Below, in pieces: positions 8,023 through 17,692 of a stretch of 64,000 nucleotides of DNA (the first letter of the stretch is position 1; each line of letters begins with the position of its first letter). The stretch comes from an uncultured Rhodanobacter sp. Lineage in GTDB: Bacteria > Pseudomonadota > Gammaproteobacteria > Xanthomonadales > Rhodanobacteraceae. The position numbers and the translations under genes are program-made. The notes beneath the pieces were generated by a model, which was not told the origin of the DNA, did not search any database, and worked only from the letters and a program-made list of their open reading frames with translations. The stretch is taken from contig CALCWL010000077.1 in assembly GCA_937906285.1 (NCBI GenBank), forward strand, positions 101 to 64,100, written 5' to 3'.

Positions 8023-10412
8023 CAAAACACCAAGACCAAAGCCAGATCAAATGGGTCGCCGACTTCATCTGGAATATCGCCGACGACCGTCTGCGCGACG
8101 TCTATGTGCGCGGCAAATACCGCGACGTGATCCTGCCGTTCACCGTGCTGCGGCGGCTCGACGCCGTGCTGGAATCCACCAAGCAGGCGGTGCTGGAGCG
8201 AAAGCAGTTCCTTGACGCGCACAACGTGGCCGAGCAGGACGGCGCACTGCGCATGTCGGCGGGCCAAGCATTCTACAACGTCTCCGACTTCACGCTGGCC
8301 AAGCTGAAAGGAAGCAGCCAAGGGCAGCGCCTGCGCGACGACTTCATCGCCTACCTCGACGGTTTCTCGCCCAACGTGCAGGAAATCCTCACCAAGTTCA
8401 ATTTCCGCAACCAAATCCAGAAGCTCGTGGATGCCCACGTCCTGGGCTACCTGATCGAGGACTTCCTTGATCCCGAGGTCAACCTCTCGCCGTTGCCCGT
8501 GAAGGACGCGGATGGTCGCGTCAAGCTGCCGCCACTGGACAACCACGGCATGGGCACCGTGTTCGAGGAGCTGATCCGCCGCTTCAACGAAGAGAACAAC
8601 GAGGAAGCGGGCGAGCACTTCACGCCGCGCGACGTCGTCAAGCTCATGGCCAAGCTGCTGTTTCTGCCCGTGGCCGAGCGCATCCAGTCCGGCACCTATC
8701 TGCTCTACGACGGTTCCTGCGGCACCGGCGGCATGTTGACCGTGGCCGAGGAAACCTTGCAAGAGCTGGCCGACGACCACGGCAAGGAAGTCTCCATCCA
8801 CCTCTACGGGCAGGAAATCAGCGACGAAACCTACGCCATCTGCAAGGCCGACCTGCTGCTGAAGGGAGAAGGCGGCGCAGCGGAGAACATCGTCGGTGGC
8901 GCAGACAAATCGACGCTATCCGCCGACCAGTTCCGCAGCCGCGAGTTCGACTTCATGATCTCCAACCCGCCCTACGGCAAGAGCTGGAAGACCGATCTGG
9001 AACGCATGGGCGGCAAGCAGGGATTCAACGACCCGCGCTTCATCGTCAGCCACGGCGACAACCCCGAACTGAAGCTCATCACCCGCTCCAGCGACGGCCA
9101 GCTCATGTTTCTCGTGAACAAGCTGTCCAAGATGAAGCTCAACGCGCCCGCCGACGGCGTGGGCAGCCGCATCGCCCTAGTCCACAACGGTTCGGCGCTG
9201 TTCACCGGCGACGCCGGACAAGGCGAAAGCAATATCCGCCGCTGGGTGCTGGAAAACGATTGGCTCGAAGCCATCATCGCCCTGCCACTCAACATCTTCT
9301 ACAACACCGGCATCGCCACCTACATCTGGGTGCTGGCCAACCGCAAGGCCGCCGCGCGCCGTGGCAAGGTGCAGTTGATCGACGCCAGCCAATGGTTCCA
9401 GCCGCTGCGCCGCAATCTCGGCAAGAAGAACTGCGAGCTGGCGGAAGGCGACATCCAGCGCATCGTCGACCTCTACTTGGGCGAGGCGCAGGAAACCGCG
9501 CAGTCGAAATGGTTCGACACCCAGGACTTTGGCTACTGGAAGATCACCGTCGAACGCCCCCTGCGCCTCAAGAGCCAGCTGAAGCCCGCCGCCATCGAAA
9601 CCCTGCGCTTCGCGTCGGGTGACGAAGCCCTGCGCGCGGAGATTTACGCAACGCACGGCGACAAGCTCTACACCGACTTCGCCAAGCTGAAGCCTGAAAT
9701 CGAGGCGTGGCTGAAAGGTGATGATAGCGGCGACGGTGATGATGCGGCGGACAGCAACGACGAGGATGGCGAGGACGGCGCACCCGCGAAGAAGGCAGTG
9801 CCGGAAAAGCGCCGCAAGAAGCTGCTCGACGCTGCCACATGGCAGCGCGACAAGGCGCTGCTCGATCTGGCGCTGTTGGCGCAGCAGGACTTGGGCGACG
9901 CCGTGTTCGACGACCACAACGTGTTCCGCGAACGGTTCGACGCGGCAATGAAAGCGCAGGGCCAGAAGCTCGGTGCTGCAGACAAGAAGGCCATCCTCAA
10001 GGCCGTGAGCTGGCGCGACGAAGCGGCCCCGCCGGTGATCGCCAAACGCAGCAAGCTGAAAAAGGGCGACTACTTTGAGCCTGGCTTCGACGGCGCGTAT
10101 CTGCAAACGGTGGGCAACGACCGCTTCATGGTGGAGTACGAACCAGACACCGACCTGCGCGACACCGAGCAGGTGCCTTTGACGGAGCCGGGGGGCATCG
10201 AGGCCTTCTTCCGGCGCGAGGTGCTGCCACACGCGAGCGATGCGTGGGTGGACGGCGAGAAGACGCAGATCGGCTACGAAATCTCCTTCGCCCGCTACTT
10301 CTACCAGCCCGCGCCCTTGCGTTCGCTCGCGGAAATCCGCGCCGACATCCTGAAACTGGAACAGCAGACCGAAGGCTTGCTGCACAAGATCGTGGGAGGC
10401 GTTCCGGCATGA
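8019..10412 (+). CDS. hsdM: Type I R-M methyltransferase subunit
   Basis: GEHFTPRDVV, YDGSCGTGGML (motif I), SNPPY (motif IV). Confidence 0.95.
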   Translation: MTKHQDQSQIKWVADFIWNIADDRLRDVYVRGKYRDVILPFTVLRRLDAVLESTKQAVLERKQFLDAHNVAEQDGALRMSAGQAFYNVSDFTLAKLKGSSQGQRLRDDFIAYLDGFSPNVQEILTKFNFRNQIQKLVDAHVLGYLIEDFLDPEVNLSPLPVKDADGRVKLPPLDNHGMGTVFEELIRRFNEENNEEAGEHFTPRDVVKLMAKLLFLPVAERIQSGTYLLYDGSCGTGGMLTVAEETLQELADDHGKEVSIHLYGQEISDETYAICKADLLLKGEGGAAENIVGGADKSTLSADQFRSREFDFMISNPPYGKSWKTDLERMGGKQGFNDPRFIVSHGDNPELKLITRSSDGQLMFLVNKLSKMKLNAPADGVGSRIALVHNGSALFTGDAGQGESNIRRWVLENDWLEAIIALPLNIFYNTGIATYIWVLANRKAAARRGKVQLIDASQWFQPLRRNLGKKNCELAEGDIQRIVDLYLGEAQETAQSKWFDTQDFGYWKITVERPLRLKSQLKPAAIETLRFASGDEALRAEIYATHGDKLYTDFAKLKPEIEAWLKGDDSGDGDDAADSNDEDGEDGAPAKKAVPEKRRKKLLDAATWQRDKALLDLALLAQQDLGDAVFDDHNVFRERFDAAMKAQGQKLGAADKKAILKAVSWRDEAAPPVIAKRSKLKKGDYFEPGFDGAYLQTVGNDRFMVEYEPDTDLRDTEQVPLTEPGGIEAFFRREVLPHASDAWVDGEKTQIGYEISFARYFYQPAPLRSLAEIRADILKLEQQTEGLLHKIVGGVPA

Positions 10413-11443
10413 GCCAGCGCAACGAGCTTCTGGCGTCCATCGCCAACACGATCCAGGACTACCGGGGCGGCTCGCTCCCGCAGCCCATTCCCGACCATGT
10501 CGAGCGTTGGGTGCAGCAGTTCGACGCCGCCGTGCAGTTGCCCATCCTGCAAGAGATCGACCATGTCCTGAAGAAGATCTACTTCTCGAAGGAGGACGTG
10601 GCGAAGTTTCTCCGTGGCGCGATGCGCACCCAGAAACTCACCGGCGACAGACCCGACAAGTTCTGGCGATCCGCCAGCTTCCTCGACATCCAGGGCGGTG
10701 GCAGCAGCCAGACCGACATGCTCGCCCTGTTCTCCGAGCAGCTGGAGGAAGAGCATGGATTTGGCATCGACGACTGCGGGCAAGGCGACGAAGTCTTCAT
10801 CTATCTGGATGACGGCATCTTCACCGGCAACCGCGTGCGGCGCGACCTGGAGAATTGGATTCGTGATCACGCGCCCGCGCAGGCGAAGGTGCATGTGATC
10901 TGCATCGCCCAGCACAGTGGCGGGCAGTATTACGCAAGCGGCAAGATTCAAGACGCCATCAGAGCCTCGGGCAAGACCATTGGCATCACTTGGTGGCGTG
11001 CCATCGAGCTGGAGGACAGGCGGGCCTACAGCGCAACGGCGGACGTGTTGCGCCCGACGGCGATCCCGAACGATCCTGCGGTGCAAGCCCATGTGGCGGC
11101 CATGCGGTACCCGCCCACGCTCAGAGCCGCTGGCAACCCCGGCGCTGCGGGTCTGTTCTCCAGCGACGCGGCCAAGATTCTGCTGGAGCAGGAGTTCCTG
11201 AAGGCCGGCGTCCACATCCGCCAGATTTGCCCCAACCTCGGTGACACCCAGCGCCCGCTGGGCCACATGACGTTGGAGACGCTGGGCTTCGGCTCGCTCA
11301 TCGTCACTTACCGCAACTGCCCCAACAACGCGCCACTGGCGTTCTGGGTGGATGCACCGTGGTATCCGCTGTTCCCGCGCACCACGAATACGCAAACGGC
11401 AGTGCGCAGGATGTTTGCGAGTCTGACCGGAGACGATCTCTGA
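10409..11443 (+). CDS. Phosphoribosyltransferase-like protein inserted between hsdM and hsdS
   Basis: FIYLDDGIFTG matches the type I PRTase PRPP-binding loop; C-terminal NCPNNAPLAFW...WYPLFPR; ATGA and TGATG overlaps with both neighbours. Confidence 0.7.
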   Translation: MSQRNELLASIANTIQDYRGGSLPQPIPDHVERWVQQFDAAVQLPILQEIDHVLKKIYFSKEDVAKFLRGAMRTQKLTGDRPDKFWRSASFLDIQGGGSSQTDMLALFSEQLEEEHGFGIDDCGQGDEVFIYLDDGIFTGNRVRRDLENWIRDHAPAQAKVHVICIAQHSGGQYYASGKIQDAIRASGKTIGITWWRAIELEDRRAYSATADVLRPTAIPNDPAVQAHVAAMRYPPTLRAAGNPGAAGLFSSDAAKILLEQEFLKAGVHIRQICPNLGDTQRPLGHMTLETLGFGSLIVTYRNCPNNAPLAFWVDAPWYPLFPRTTNTQTAVRRMFASLTGDDL

Positions 11444-13443
11444 TGGCCGAGAGAGATCAAACCCGCACCTACAGCCGCAAGGAAAGCGTCGTCTTCCTCA
11501 AGACCGACGAGCCGTTCGGCGGCCTGTCCAACATGGCGGGGGGCTACCCGATCCATGTGAACGGGGTGCGGATACTGACCTCCGAAGCGCTGTATCAGGT
11601 CTGCCGCTTTCCGCATCTTCCCGACGTGCAGAAGCTGATCATCGGCCAGGTCAGCCCGATGACGGCCAAGATGCGGAGCAAGCCTTACCGCAAGGACTCG
11701 CGCCCGGATTGGGATCAGGTGCGCGTGCGCATCATGCGCTGGAGCCTGCGCATGAAGCTGGCCAACAACTGGAACACCTTCAGTGCGCTGCTGCTGAAAA
11801 CCGGCGACCGGCCCATCGTCGAGGAGTCGCGCAAGGACGCATTTTGGGGAGCCAAGGTCGTTGACGACGGCGACACCCTGGTCGGCATGAACGTCTTGGG
11901 CAGGCTGCTGATGGAGTTGCGCGAGCAGGTGAAGCAGCAGGGGCGCGACGCAGCCCTCGATATCGCACCGCCGGACATTCCGCAGTTCCTGCTGTTCGGG
12001 CGGCCGATTGAAGTGGCAGTGGGCGTGCCAACGCCGCAGGCCGTCGAAGCACAGGAGCAAGGCTCCCTATTCGGTGCGGACACAGCCGCCGCCGTCGAGG
12101 CTGTGGCTGCTCGGGCACCGGTTGCTCAGGCCAAGACGGTCTATGAAGCCTATCGCGCATCGGGTCTGCCTTGGGTGCCGCATGTACCAGAAGGCTGGCA
12201 GGTGCTGCGCAATGGCCGCCTGTTCGGTCATCGCGTCGAAACCGGTTATCCCGACTTGCCGATTCTCGAAGTTTCGCTGCGCACCGGCGTGCGCGTGCGC
12301 GACATGGAACATGGCAAGCGCAAGCAGGTGATGAGCCAGAAGGAGAACTACAAGCGCGCGGTCAAGGGTGACATCGCCTACAACATGATGCGCATGTGGC
12401 AAGGCGCGGTCGGCCCTGCTCCGGTCGACGGCTTGGTGAGTCCGGCCTATGTCGTGGTCAAGCCGTTCGCCGAAGCCAACAGCGCCTATTACAGCTACCT
12501 GTTCCGCACGCAGGCGTACATGCGCGAGGTCAACAAGTTCTCGCGCGGCATCGTGGCCGACCGCAACAGGCTGTATTGGGAATCCTTCAAGCAGATGCCT
12601 TCGCTCGTGCCCCCGCGCCCGGAGCAAGACCAGATCGTCGCCTACCTGCGCGCGCAGGATGCCCACATCGCCCGCTTCATCAAGGCCAAGCGTGATCTCA
12701 TCGCGCTGATGGCCGAGAAACGAAGTGTCCTTGCAGAGCGTGCGATTTCATCAGCGGACACGCAATACCTTCGACTAGACCGAGTCGTCTCGCTTCTGGC
12801 AACGCCAATCACCAGGGAGCCGAAGGCGACTTACACCCCGATTGGCATGTTCAACCGTGGGCGCGGCATCTTCCACAAGCCATTGACCGAAGGAAAGCAT
12901 CTTGGGGATTCGACATTCTTCCGAATCGGAAAGGGCGACCTGGTATTCAGTGGGCAGTTCGCTTGGGAAGGTGCTATTGCTGTCGCAAGTGCAGAAGATG
13001 AAGGGTGCATTGCGTCCCATCGCTACCCGATTGCCAAGTGCAAACTGGATGCTGTCACGCCGGAGTATCTCTACACGTTCTTCTTGAGCAAGGCTGGCGA
13101 CCTGATTCTCAACCATCATTCACGCGGCGCAGCGGGACGCAATCGCCCGCTGAATCCGCGCTCGCTGTTAAAGGAGAAGATTCCGGTTCCGCCGCTGCAT
13201 CGGCAACGCGAAGTTTCCGATTTCCTCTATGAAGAACTATCGGTGCGCCGCGAGATAGAGAAGGAAATTGCCTTGATCCGCGAATACCGCGACCGCCTGA
13301 TTGCTGACGCCGTCACCGGCCAGGTTGACCTGCGCGGCTGGCGGCCCGGCCCGGACGATGCCGTCAGCGACGACGATCTTGCTGCGCTGGGCGACGATGA
13401 AGCCGCACCCACCGAGGAGGATGCCGATGGCGAAGAAAACTGA
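11443..13443 (+). CDS. hsdS: NADAR (YbiA-like) domain fused to type I R-M specificity subunit
   Basis: N-terminal FGGLSNM..SEALYQ..PIVEES..DAFWG..GMNVLGRLLMELRE (NADAR); then Y..SGLPW...VPEGW, PPRPEQDQIV and IPVPPL..Q...AVTGQVD (HsdS conserved regions) in one uninterrupted frame. Confidence 0.88.
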   Translation: MAERDQTRTYSRKESVVFLKTDEPFGGLSNMAGGYPIHVNGVRILTSEALYQVCRFPHLPDVQKLIIGQVSPMTAKMRSKPYRKDSRPDWDQVRVRIMRWSLRMKLANNWNTFSALLLKTGDRPIVEESRKDAFWGAKVVDDGDTLVGMNVLGRLLMELREQVKQQGRDAALDIAPPDIPQFLLFGRPIEVAVGVPTPQAVEAQEQGSLFGADTAAAVEAVAARAPVAQAKTVYEAYRASGLPWVPHVPEGWQVLRNGRLFGHRVETGYPDLPILEVSLRTGVRVRDMEHGKRKQVMSQKENYKRAVKGDIAYNMMRMWQGAVGPAPVDGLVSPAYVVVKPFAEANSAYYSYLFRTQAYMREVNKFSRGIVADRNRLYWESFKQMPSLVPPRPEQDQIVAYLRAQDAHIARFIKAKRDLIALMAEKRSVLAERAISSADTQYLRLDRVVSLLATPITREPKATYTPIGMFNRGRGIFHKPLTEGKHLGDSTFFRIGKGDLVFSGQFAWEGAIAVASAEDEGCIASHRYPIAKCKLDAVTPEYLYTFFLSKAGDLILNHHSRGAAGRNRPLNPRSLLKEKIPVPPLHRQREVSDFLYEELSVRREIEKEIALIREYRDRLIADAVTGQVDLRGWRPGPDDAVSDDDLAALGDDEAAPTEEDADGEEN

Positions 13444-14572
13444 CACCAAAATTGTGTCGACACCGCCGACACAATCTGCCGCCCTGCAAGCTGCGGGACA
13501 AATGGCCGCTCTACCCACCACCGGGCAAGGCGAGTTTCTGCTCTACCAGACCGAGGACGCCCAGACCCGCGTGCAGGTGCGCTTTGAGGCGGGTGACGTG
13601 TGGCTGACCCAGCAGCAGTTGGCCGATCTTTATCAAAGCTCGCCACAGAACATCACCCAGCACATCCGCGCCATCTACCAGACCGGGGAATTGCAGGAGG
13701 CGGCAACTTGTAAGCCGTACTTACAAGTTCGGCAGGAGCGCGGTCGGCAGGTCAGCCGCAGCCTCAAGCACTACAACCTGGAGGTGGCGCTGGCCATCGG
13801 CTACCGGGTGAAGTCGCACCGTGGCACGCAGTTCCGCCGCTGGGCCACGGAGCAGCTCAAGACCTATTTGCGCAAAGGCGTGCTGCTGGACGATGAGCGC
13901 TTCAAGCGCGGTGACGACGCCGAGTATTTCGAGGAGCTGCTGGCGCGCATCCGCGACATTCGCTCGTCGGAAAAGGTGTTCTGGCGCAAGGTGCTGGACA
14001 TCTACGCCACCAGCCTGGACTACGACCCGCACACCGAAACCTCGCAGCAGTTCTTTGCCACGGTGCAGAACAAGATGCACTGGGCGGCGCACGGCCACAC
14101 GGCGGCCGAGCTGATCGTGCAGCGTGTGGACGCCAAGGCGCAGAACATGGGCCTGACCAGCTGGGCCGCTGCCAGCAAGGGCGGGCCGGTACGCAAGGCG
14201 GACGTGGGCATCGCCAAGAACTACCTGAATGCCGAAGAACTGGACACGCTCAATCGCATCGTCACGGCCTATATCGAGGTGGCGGAATTGCAGGCGCAGG
14301 CGCATCAGCCCATGACCATGCGCGATTGGGCAACAGAGCTGGACAACTTCCTGCGCCTGACCCGCAAGGACATCCTGACTCACGCTGGCAAGGTGCCAGC
14401 CAAGTCGGCGCTGGCCAAGGCCGAAGCGGCCTATGCCGAATATCAGGCGCGGGTTCGCAACCTGCCGTCACCGGTGGAAAAGGACTTCGAGGCGGCCATC
14501 GCGCAGCCGGTGAAGCAGTTGGAGAAGGGCCGAAAAGCCCTGCCAAGGCCGAAAAAGAGAGGTGACGCATGA
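13427..14572 (+). CDS. rhuM: RhuM family protein
   Basis: WLTQQQLADLYQ, HYNL..ALAIGYRVKS.RGTQFRRWA, RIRDIRSSEK, FFATVQNKMHWA; GAGGAGG RBS. Confidence 0.9.
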   Translation: MAKKTDTKIVSTPPTQSAALQAAGQMAALPTTGQGEFLLYQTEDAQTRVQVRFEAGDVWLTQQQLADLYQSSPQNITQHIRAIYQTGELQEAATCKPYLQVRQERGRQVSRSLKHYNLEVALAIGYRVKSHRGTQFRRWATEQLKTYLRKGVLLDDERFKRGDDAEYFEELLARIRDIRSSEKVFWRKVLDIYATSLDYDPHTETSQQFFATVQNKMHWAAHGHTAAELIVQRVDAKAQNMGLTSWAAASKGGPVRKADVGIAKNYLNAEELDTLNRIVTAYIEVAELQAQAHQPMTMRDWATELDNFLRLTRKDILTHAGKVPAKSALAKAEAAYAEYQARVRNLPSPVEKDFEAAIAQPVKQLEKGRKALPRPKKRGDA

Positions 14573-17500
14573 CCCGCCCCACCGACACCAGCGAATTGGG
14601 CCTGGAACGGCTGATCGTGCGCCATCTGGCGGGCATCAGCGCACATCCGCCCGTTGCGCCCAACACGGCGCAGGAGCCGGTGTCGGTGTATGGGCCGGGT
14701 GGCTACGTGCTGGGCCGGGCGAGTGACTACAACCGCGACGTGGCGCTGGACGTGGCGAAGCTGCTGGAGTTCTTGCAAGCCACACAGCCCAGGGCGGTAG
14801 AAACGCTGAATCTGGCCAGCGAGGGCATCCAGCGCACGCAGTTTCTGCACCGACTGCAAGGCGAGATCGCCAAGCGCGGCGTAGTGGACTGTTTGCGCCG
14901 TGGCGTGAGCCACGGGCCGGTGACGGTCGATCTCTACAAGCTGCTGCCCACGCCGGGCAACGCCGCTGCCAGCGAAGCCTTCGCCAAGAACATCTTCAGC
15001 GTCACCCGGCAGGTGCGCTACAGCAACGACTCCGGCAACGAGCTGGACTTGGTGGTCTTCATCAACGGCCTGCCGGTGTTGACCTTCGAGTTGAAAAATT
15101 CGCTGACCAAGCAGACGGTGGCCGATGCCATCGTCCAGTACCAGACCACGCGCGATCCGAAGGAGTTGCTGTTCCAGTCCGGTCGCTGCGTTGCGCACAT
15201 GGCGGTGGACGACGCCGAGGTGCGCTTCTGCACCGAGTTGAAGGGCAAGGCCTCGTGGTTCCTGCCTTTCAACCAGGGCTGGAACAGCGGTGCGGGCAAT
15301 CCACCAAACCCCAACGGCATCAAAACCGACTACCTGTGGAAGCAGGTGCTGGCGAAGGAGTCGCTGGCGAACATCATCGAGAACTACGCACAGGTGGTGG
15401 AGGACGAGGAGGAAGACGCCAGCGGCAGGCGGCGCAAGACCCGCAAGCCGGTGTTTCCGCGCTTTCACCAGTTGCGCACAGTACGTGCCCTGCTGCGCCG
15501 TTCGCGCGCCGACGGTGTGGGCCAGCGTTACCTGATCCAGCACTCTGCGGGCAGCGGCAAGAGCAACACCATTGCATGGCTGGCACACCAGTTGGTGGAG
15601 CTGAAGACGGCGGCGGATGCAATGCAGGCGCAGTTCGATTCGGTCATCGTCATCACCGACCGGCGTGCGCTGGACACCCAGATCCACAAGACCATCAAGG
15701 GCTACGACCATGTGGCCTCGATCCTCGGCCATTCGGACAATGCGCAAGAACTGCGCGACTTCCTGCGCCGGGGCAAGAAGATCATCGTCACCACGGTGCA
15801 GAAGTTCCCCTTCATCCTCGACGAACTGGGCGACTTGGGCGACCGGAAGTTCGCGCTGCTGATCGACGAGGCCCATTCCAGTCAGGGCGGCAAGACCACG
15901 GCCAAGATGCATCAGGCCCTTGGGGGCTCAGTGGGTGGTTCGGTCGGCGGCAAGACCGACGAGGAAGCGTTCGAGGAAGGCTCCACGCAGGATGCGGTGA
16001 ATGCGGAAATCGAAAAGCGCATTGCATCGCGCAAGCTGCTGACCAACGCCAGCTACTACGCCTTCACCGCCACGCCGAAGACCAGGACGCTGGAGTTGTT
16101 CGGCGAACGGGTGACGGTGGGCGACAAGGTGCAGTTCCGCTCGCCGGAGGAACTGACCTACACCACCAAGCAGGCGATACAAGAGGGTTTCATCCTCGAC
16201 GTGATCGCCAACTACACGCCGGTGGACAGCTTTTACCACGTCGCCAAGACCATAGAAGACGATCCGCAAGTGGACAAGCTGAAGGCGCTGAAGAAAATCC
16301 GGCGCTACGTCGAGTCGCACGACAAGGCCATTCGCCGCAAGGCGGAGATCATGGTCGATCACTTCACCGCGCAGGTGATCGGCGCGAAGAAGGTCGGAGG
16401 CAAGGCGCGGGCGATGATCGTCTGCAACGGTATCGCGCGCGCCATCGACTACTTCCGCGAGGTGTCGGACTACCTTGCCGAGATCAAGAGTCCGTACATG
16501 GCCATCGTTGCGTATTCGGGTGACGTCGAGATGGGCGGATCGAAGAAGACCGAGGCAGACCTCAACGGCTTTCCAAGCAAGGACATTCCGGCCAAGCTGA
16601 AGCTCGACCCGTATCGGTTCCTGATCGTCGCCAACAAGTTCGTCACCGGCTTCGACGAACCGTTGCTGCACACCATGTACGTGGACAAGCCGCTGGCGGG
16701 CGTACTGGCGGTGCAGACCTTGTCGCGCTTGAACCGGGCGCACCCGCAGAAGGCGGACACCTTCGTTCTCGACTTCGCCGACAACGCCGAAGCGGTGAAG
16801 GGGGCGTTTCAGGAGTACTACCGCGCGACGATTCAGGACGGCGAAACCGACCCGAACAAGTTGCACGACCTCAAGGGCGAGCTGGACGCGCAGCAGGTTT
16901 ACAGCGGCAGCCAAGTGGACGACTTGGTGGCGCTGTATCTGTCCGGAGCCGACCGCGAAAAGCTCGACCCCATTCTCGATGTCTGCGTGGCCGAGTACGT
17001 CAGCAAGCTCGGCGAGGACGAACAGGTCAAGTTCAAAGGCAAGGCCAAGGCGTTCGTTCGCAGCTACGGCTTCCTCTCCGCGATCCTTCCCTACGGGCAT
17101 CCGGCATGGGAGAAGCTGTCGATCTTCCTGAATTTCCTGACGCCGAAGCTACCCGCGCCGAAGGAGGAAGACCTCTCCAAAGGCGTGCTGGAGGCCATCG
17201 ACATGGACAGCTACCGTGCGCAGGCGCAGGCGGCGATGAAGATGGCGCTGGACGACGCGGACGCCTTGGTCGAACCGCCGCCGCCCGGCGGTGGCGGTGG
17301 CAGTGGCGAGCCGGACTTGGACAGGCTCTCGAACGTGATCAAACAGTTCAATGACCTGTTCGGCAACATCGAGTGGCACGACGCGGACAAGATCAAAAAG
17401 GTCATCACCGAAGAAATCCCCGCGCGCGTGGCGCAGGACAAGGCGTATCAGAACGCACAGGCCCACTCCGGCAAGCAGAACGCGCGGCTGGAGCACGACC

Positions 17501-17670
17501 GGGCGCTGGGCCGCGTGGTGCTAGAGCTGCTGGACGACCACACCGAGCTGTTCAAGCAGTTCAGTGATAACCAGAATTTCAAACGCTGGCTGGCGGACAT
17601 GGTGTTCGACTCCACCTATCGCCCCGGTGCAACGCCGCCAGCGCGGCCGCAGCCCGACGCTCCGGCGTGA
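14569..17670 (+). CDS. hsdR: Type I R-M restriction/translocase subunit
   Basis: FELKN nuclease motif, QHSAGSGKS Walker A, DEAH, FTATP, QTLSRLNR. Confidence 0.95.
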   Translation: MTRPTDTSELGLERLIVRHLAGISAHPPVAPNTAQEPVSVYGPGGYVLGRASDYNRDVALDVAKLLEFLQATQPRAVETLNLASEGIQRTQFLHRLQGEIAKRGVVDCLRRGVSHGPVTVDLYKLLPTPGNAAASEAFAKNIFSVTRQVRYSNDSGNELDLVVFINGLPVLTFELKNSLTKQTVADAIVQYQTTRDPKELLFQSGRCVAHMAVDDAEVRFCTELKGKASWFLPFNQGWNSGAGNPPNPNGIKTDYLWKQVLAKESLANIIENYAQVVEDEEEDASGRRRKTRKPVFPRFHQLRTVRALLRRSRADGVGQRYLIQHSAGSGKSNTIAWLAHQLVELKTAADAMQAQFDSVIVITDRRALDTQIHKTIKGYDHVASILGHSDNAQELRDFLRRGKKIIVTTVQKFPFILDELGDLGDRKFALLIDEAHSSQGGKTTAKMHQALGGSVGGSVGGKTDEEAFEEGSTQDAVNAEIEKRIASRKLLTNASYYAFTATPKTRTLELFGERVTVGDKVQFRSPEELTYTTKQAIQEGFILDVIANYTPVDSFYHVAKTIEDDPQVDKLKALKKIRRYVESHDKAIRRKAEIMVDHFTAQVIGAKKVGGKARAMIVCNGIARAIDYFREVSDYLAEIKSPYMAIVAYSGDVEMGGSKKTEADLNGFPSKDIPAKLKLDPYRFLIVANKFVTGFDEPLLHTMYVDKPLAGVLAVQTLSRLNRAHPQKADTFVLDFADNAEAVKGAFQEYYRATIQDGETDPNKLHDLKGELDAQQVYSGSQVDDLVALYLSGADREKLDPILDVCVAEYVSKLGEDEQVKFKGKAKAFVRSYGFLSAILPYGHPAWEKLSIFLNFLTPKLPAPKEEDLSKGVLEAIDMDSYRAQAQAAMKMALDDADALVEPPPPGGGGGSGEPDLDRLSNVIKQFNDLFGNIEWHDADKIKKVITEEIPARVAQDKAYQNAQAHSGKQNARLEHDRALGRVVLELLDDHTELFKQFSDNQNFKRWLADMVFDSTYRPGATPPARPQPDAPA

Positions 17671-17692
17671 GTGACATCCGAGGAGTGATGCA

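Noticed and set aside
10409..11443. Calling the gene upstream of NADAR a DarT ADP-ribosyltransferase
   Set aside because: No DarT/ART motifs recognised; it carries a PRTase-type DD..TG loop instead
7944..13426. Longer upstream starts in the ORF track for hsdM (7944), PRTase (10244), hsdS (11359) and rhuM (13301)
   Set aside because: They overlap upstream genes extensively; coupled starts at 8019, 10409, 11443 and RBS-led 13427 fit better
15921..15951. GGSVGGSVGG micro-repeat in hsdR
   Set aside because: Degenerate at DNA level, in a linker; no sign of phase variation
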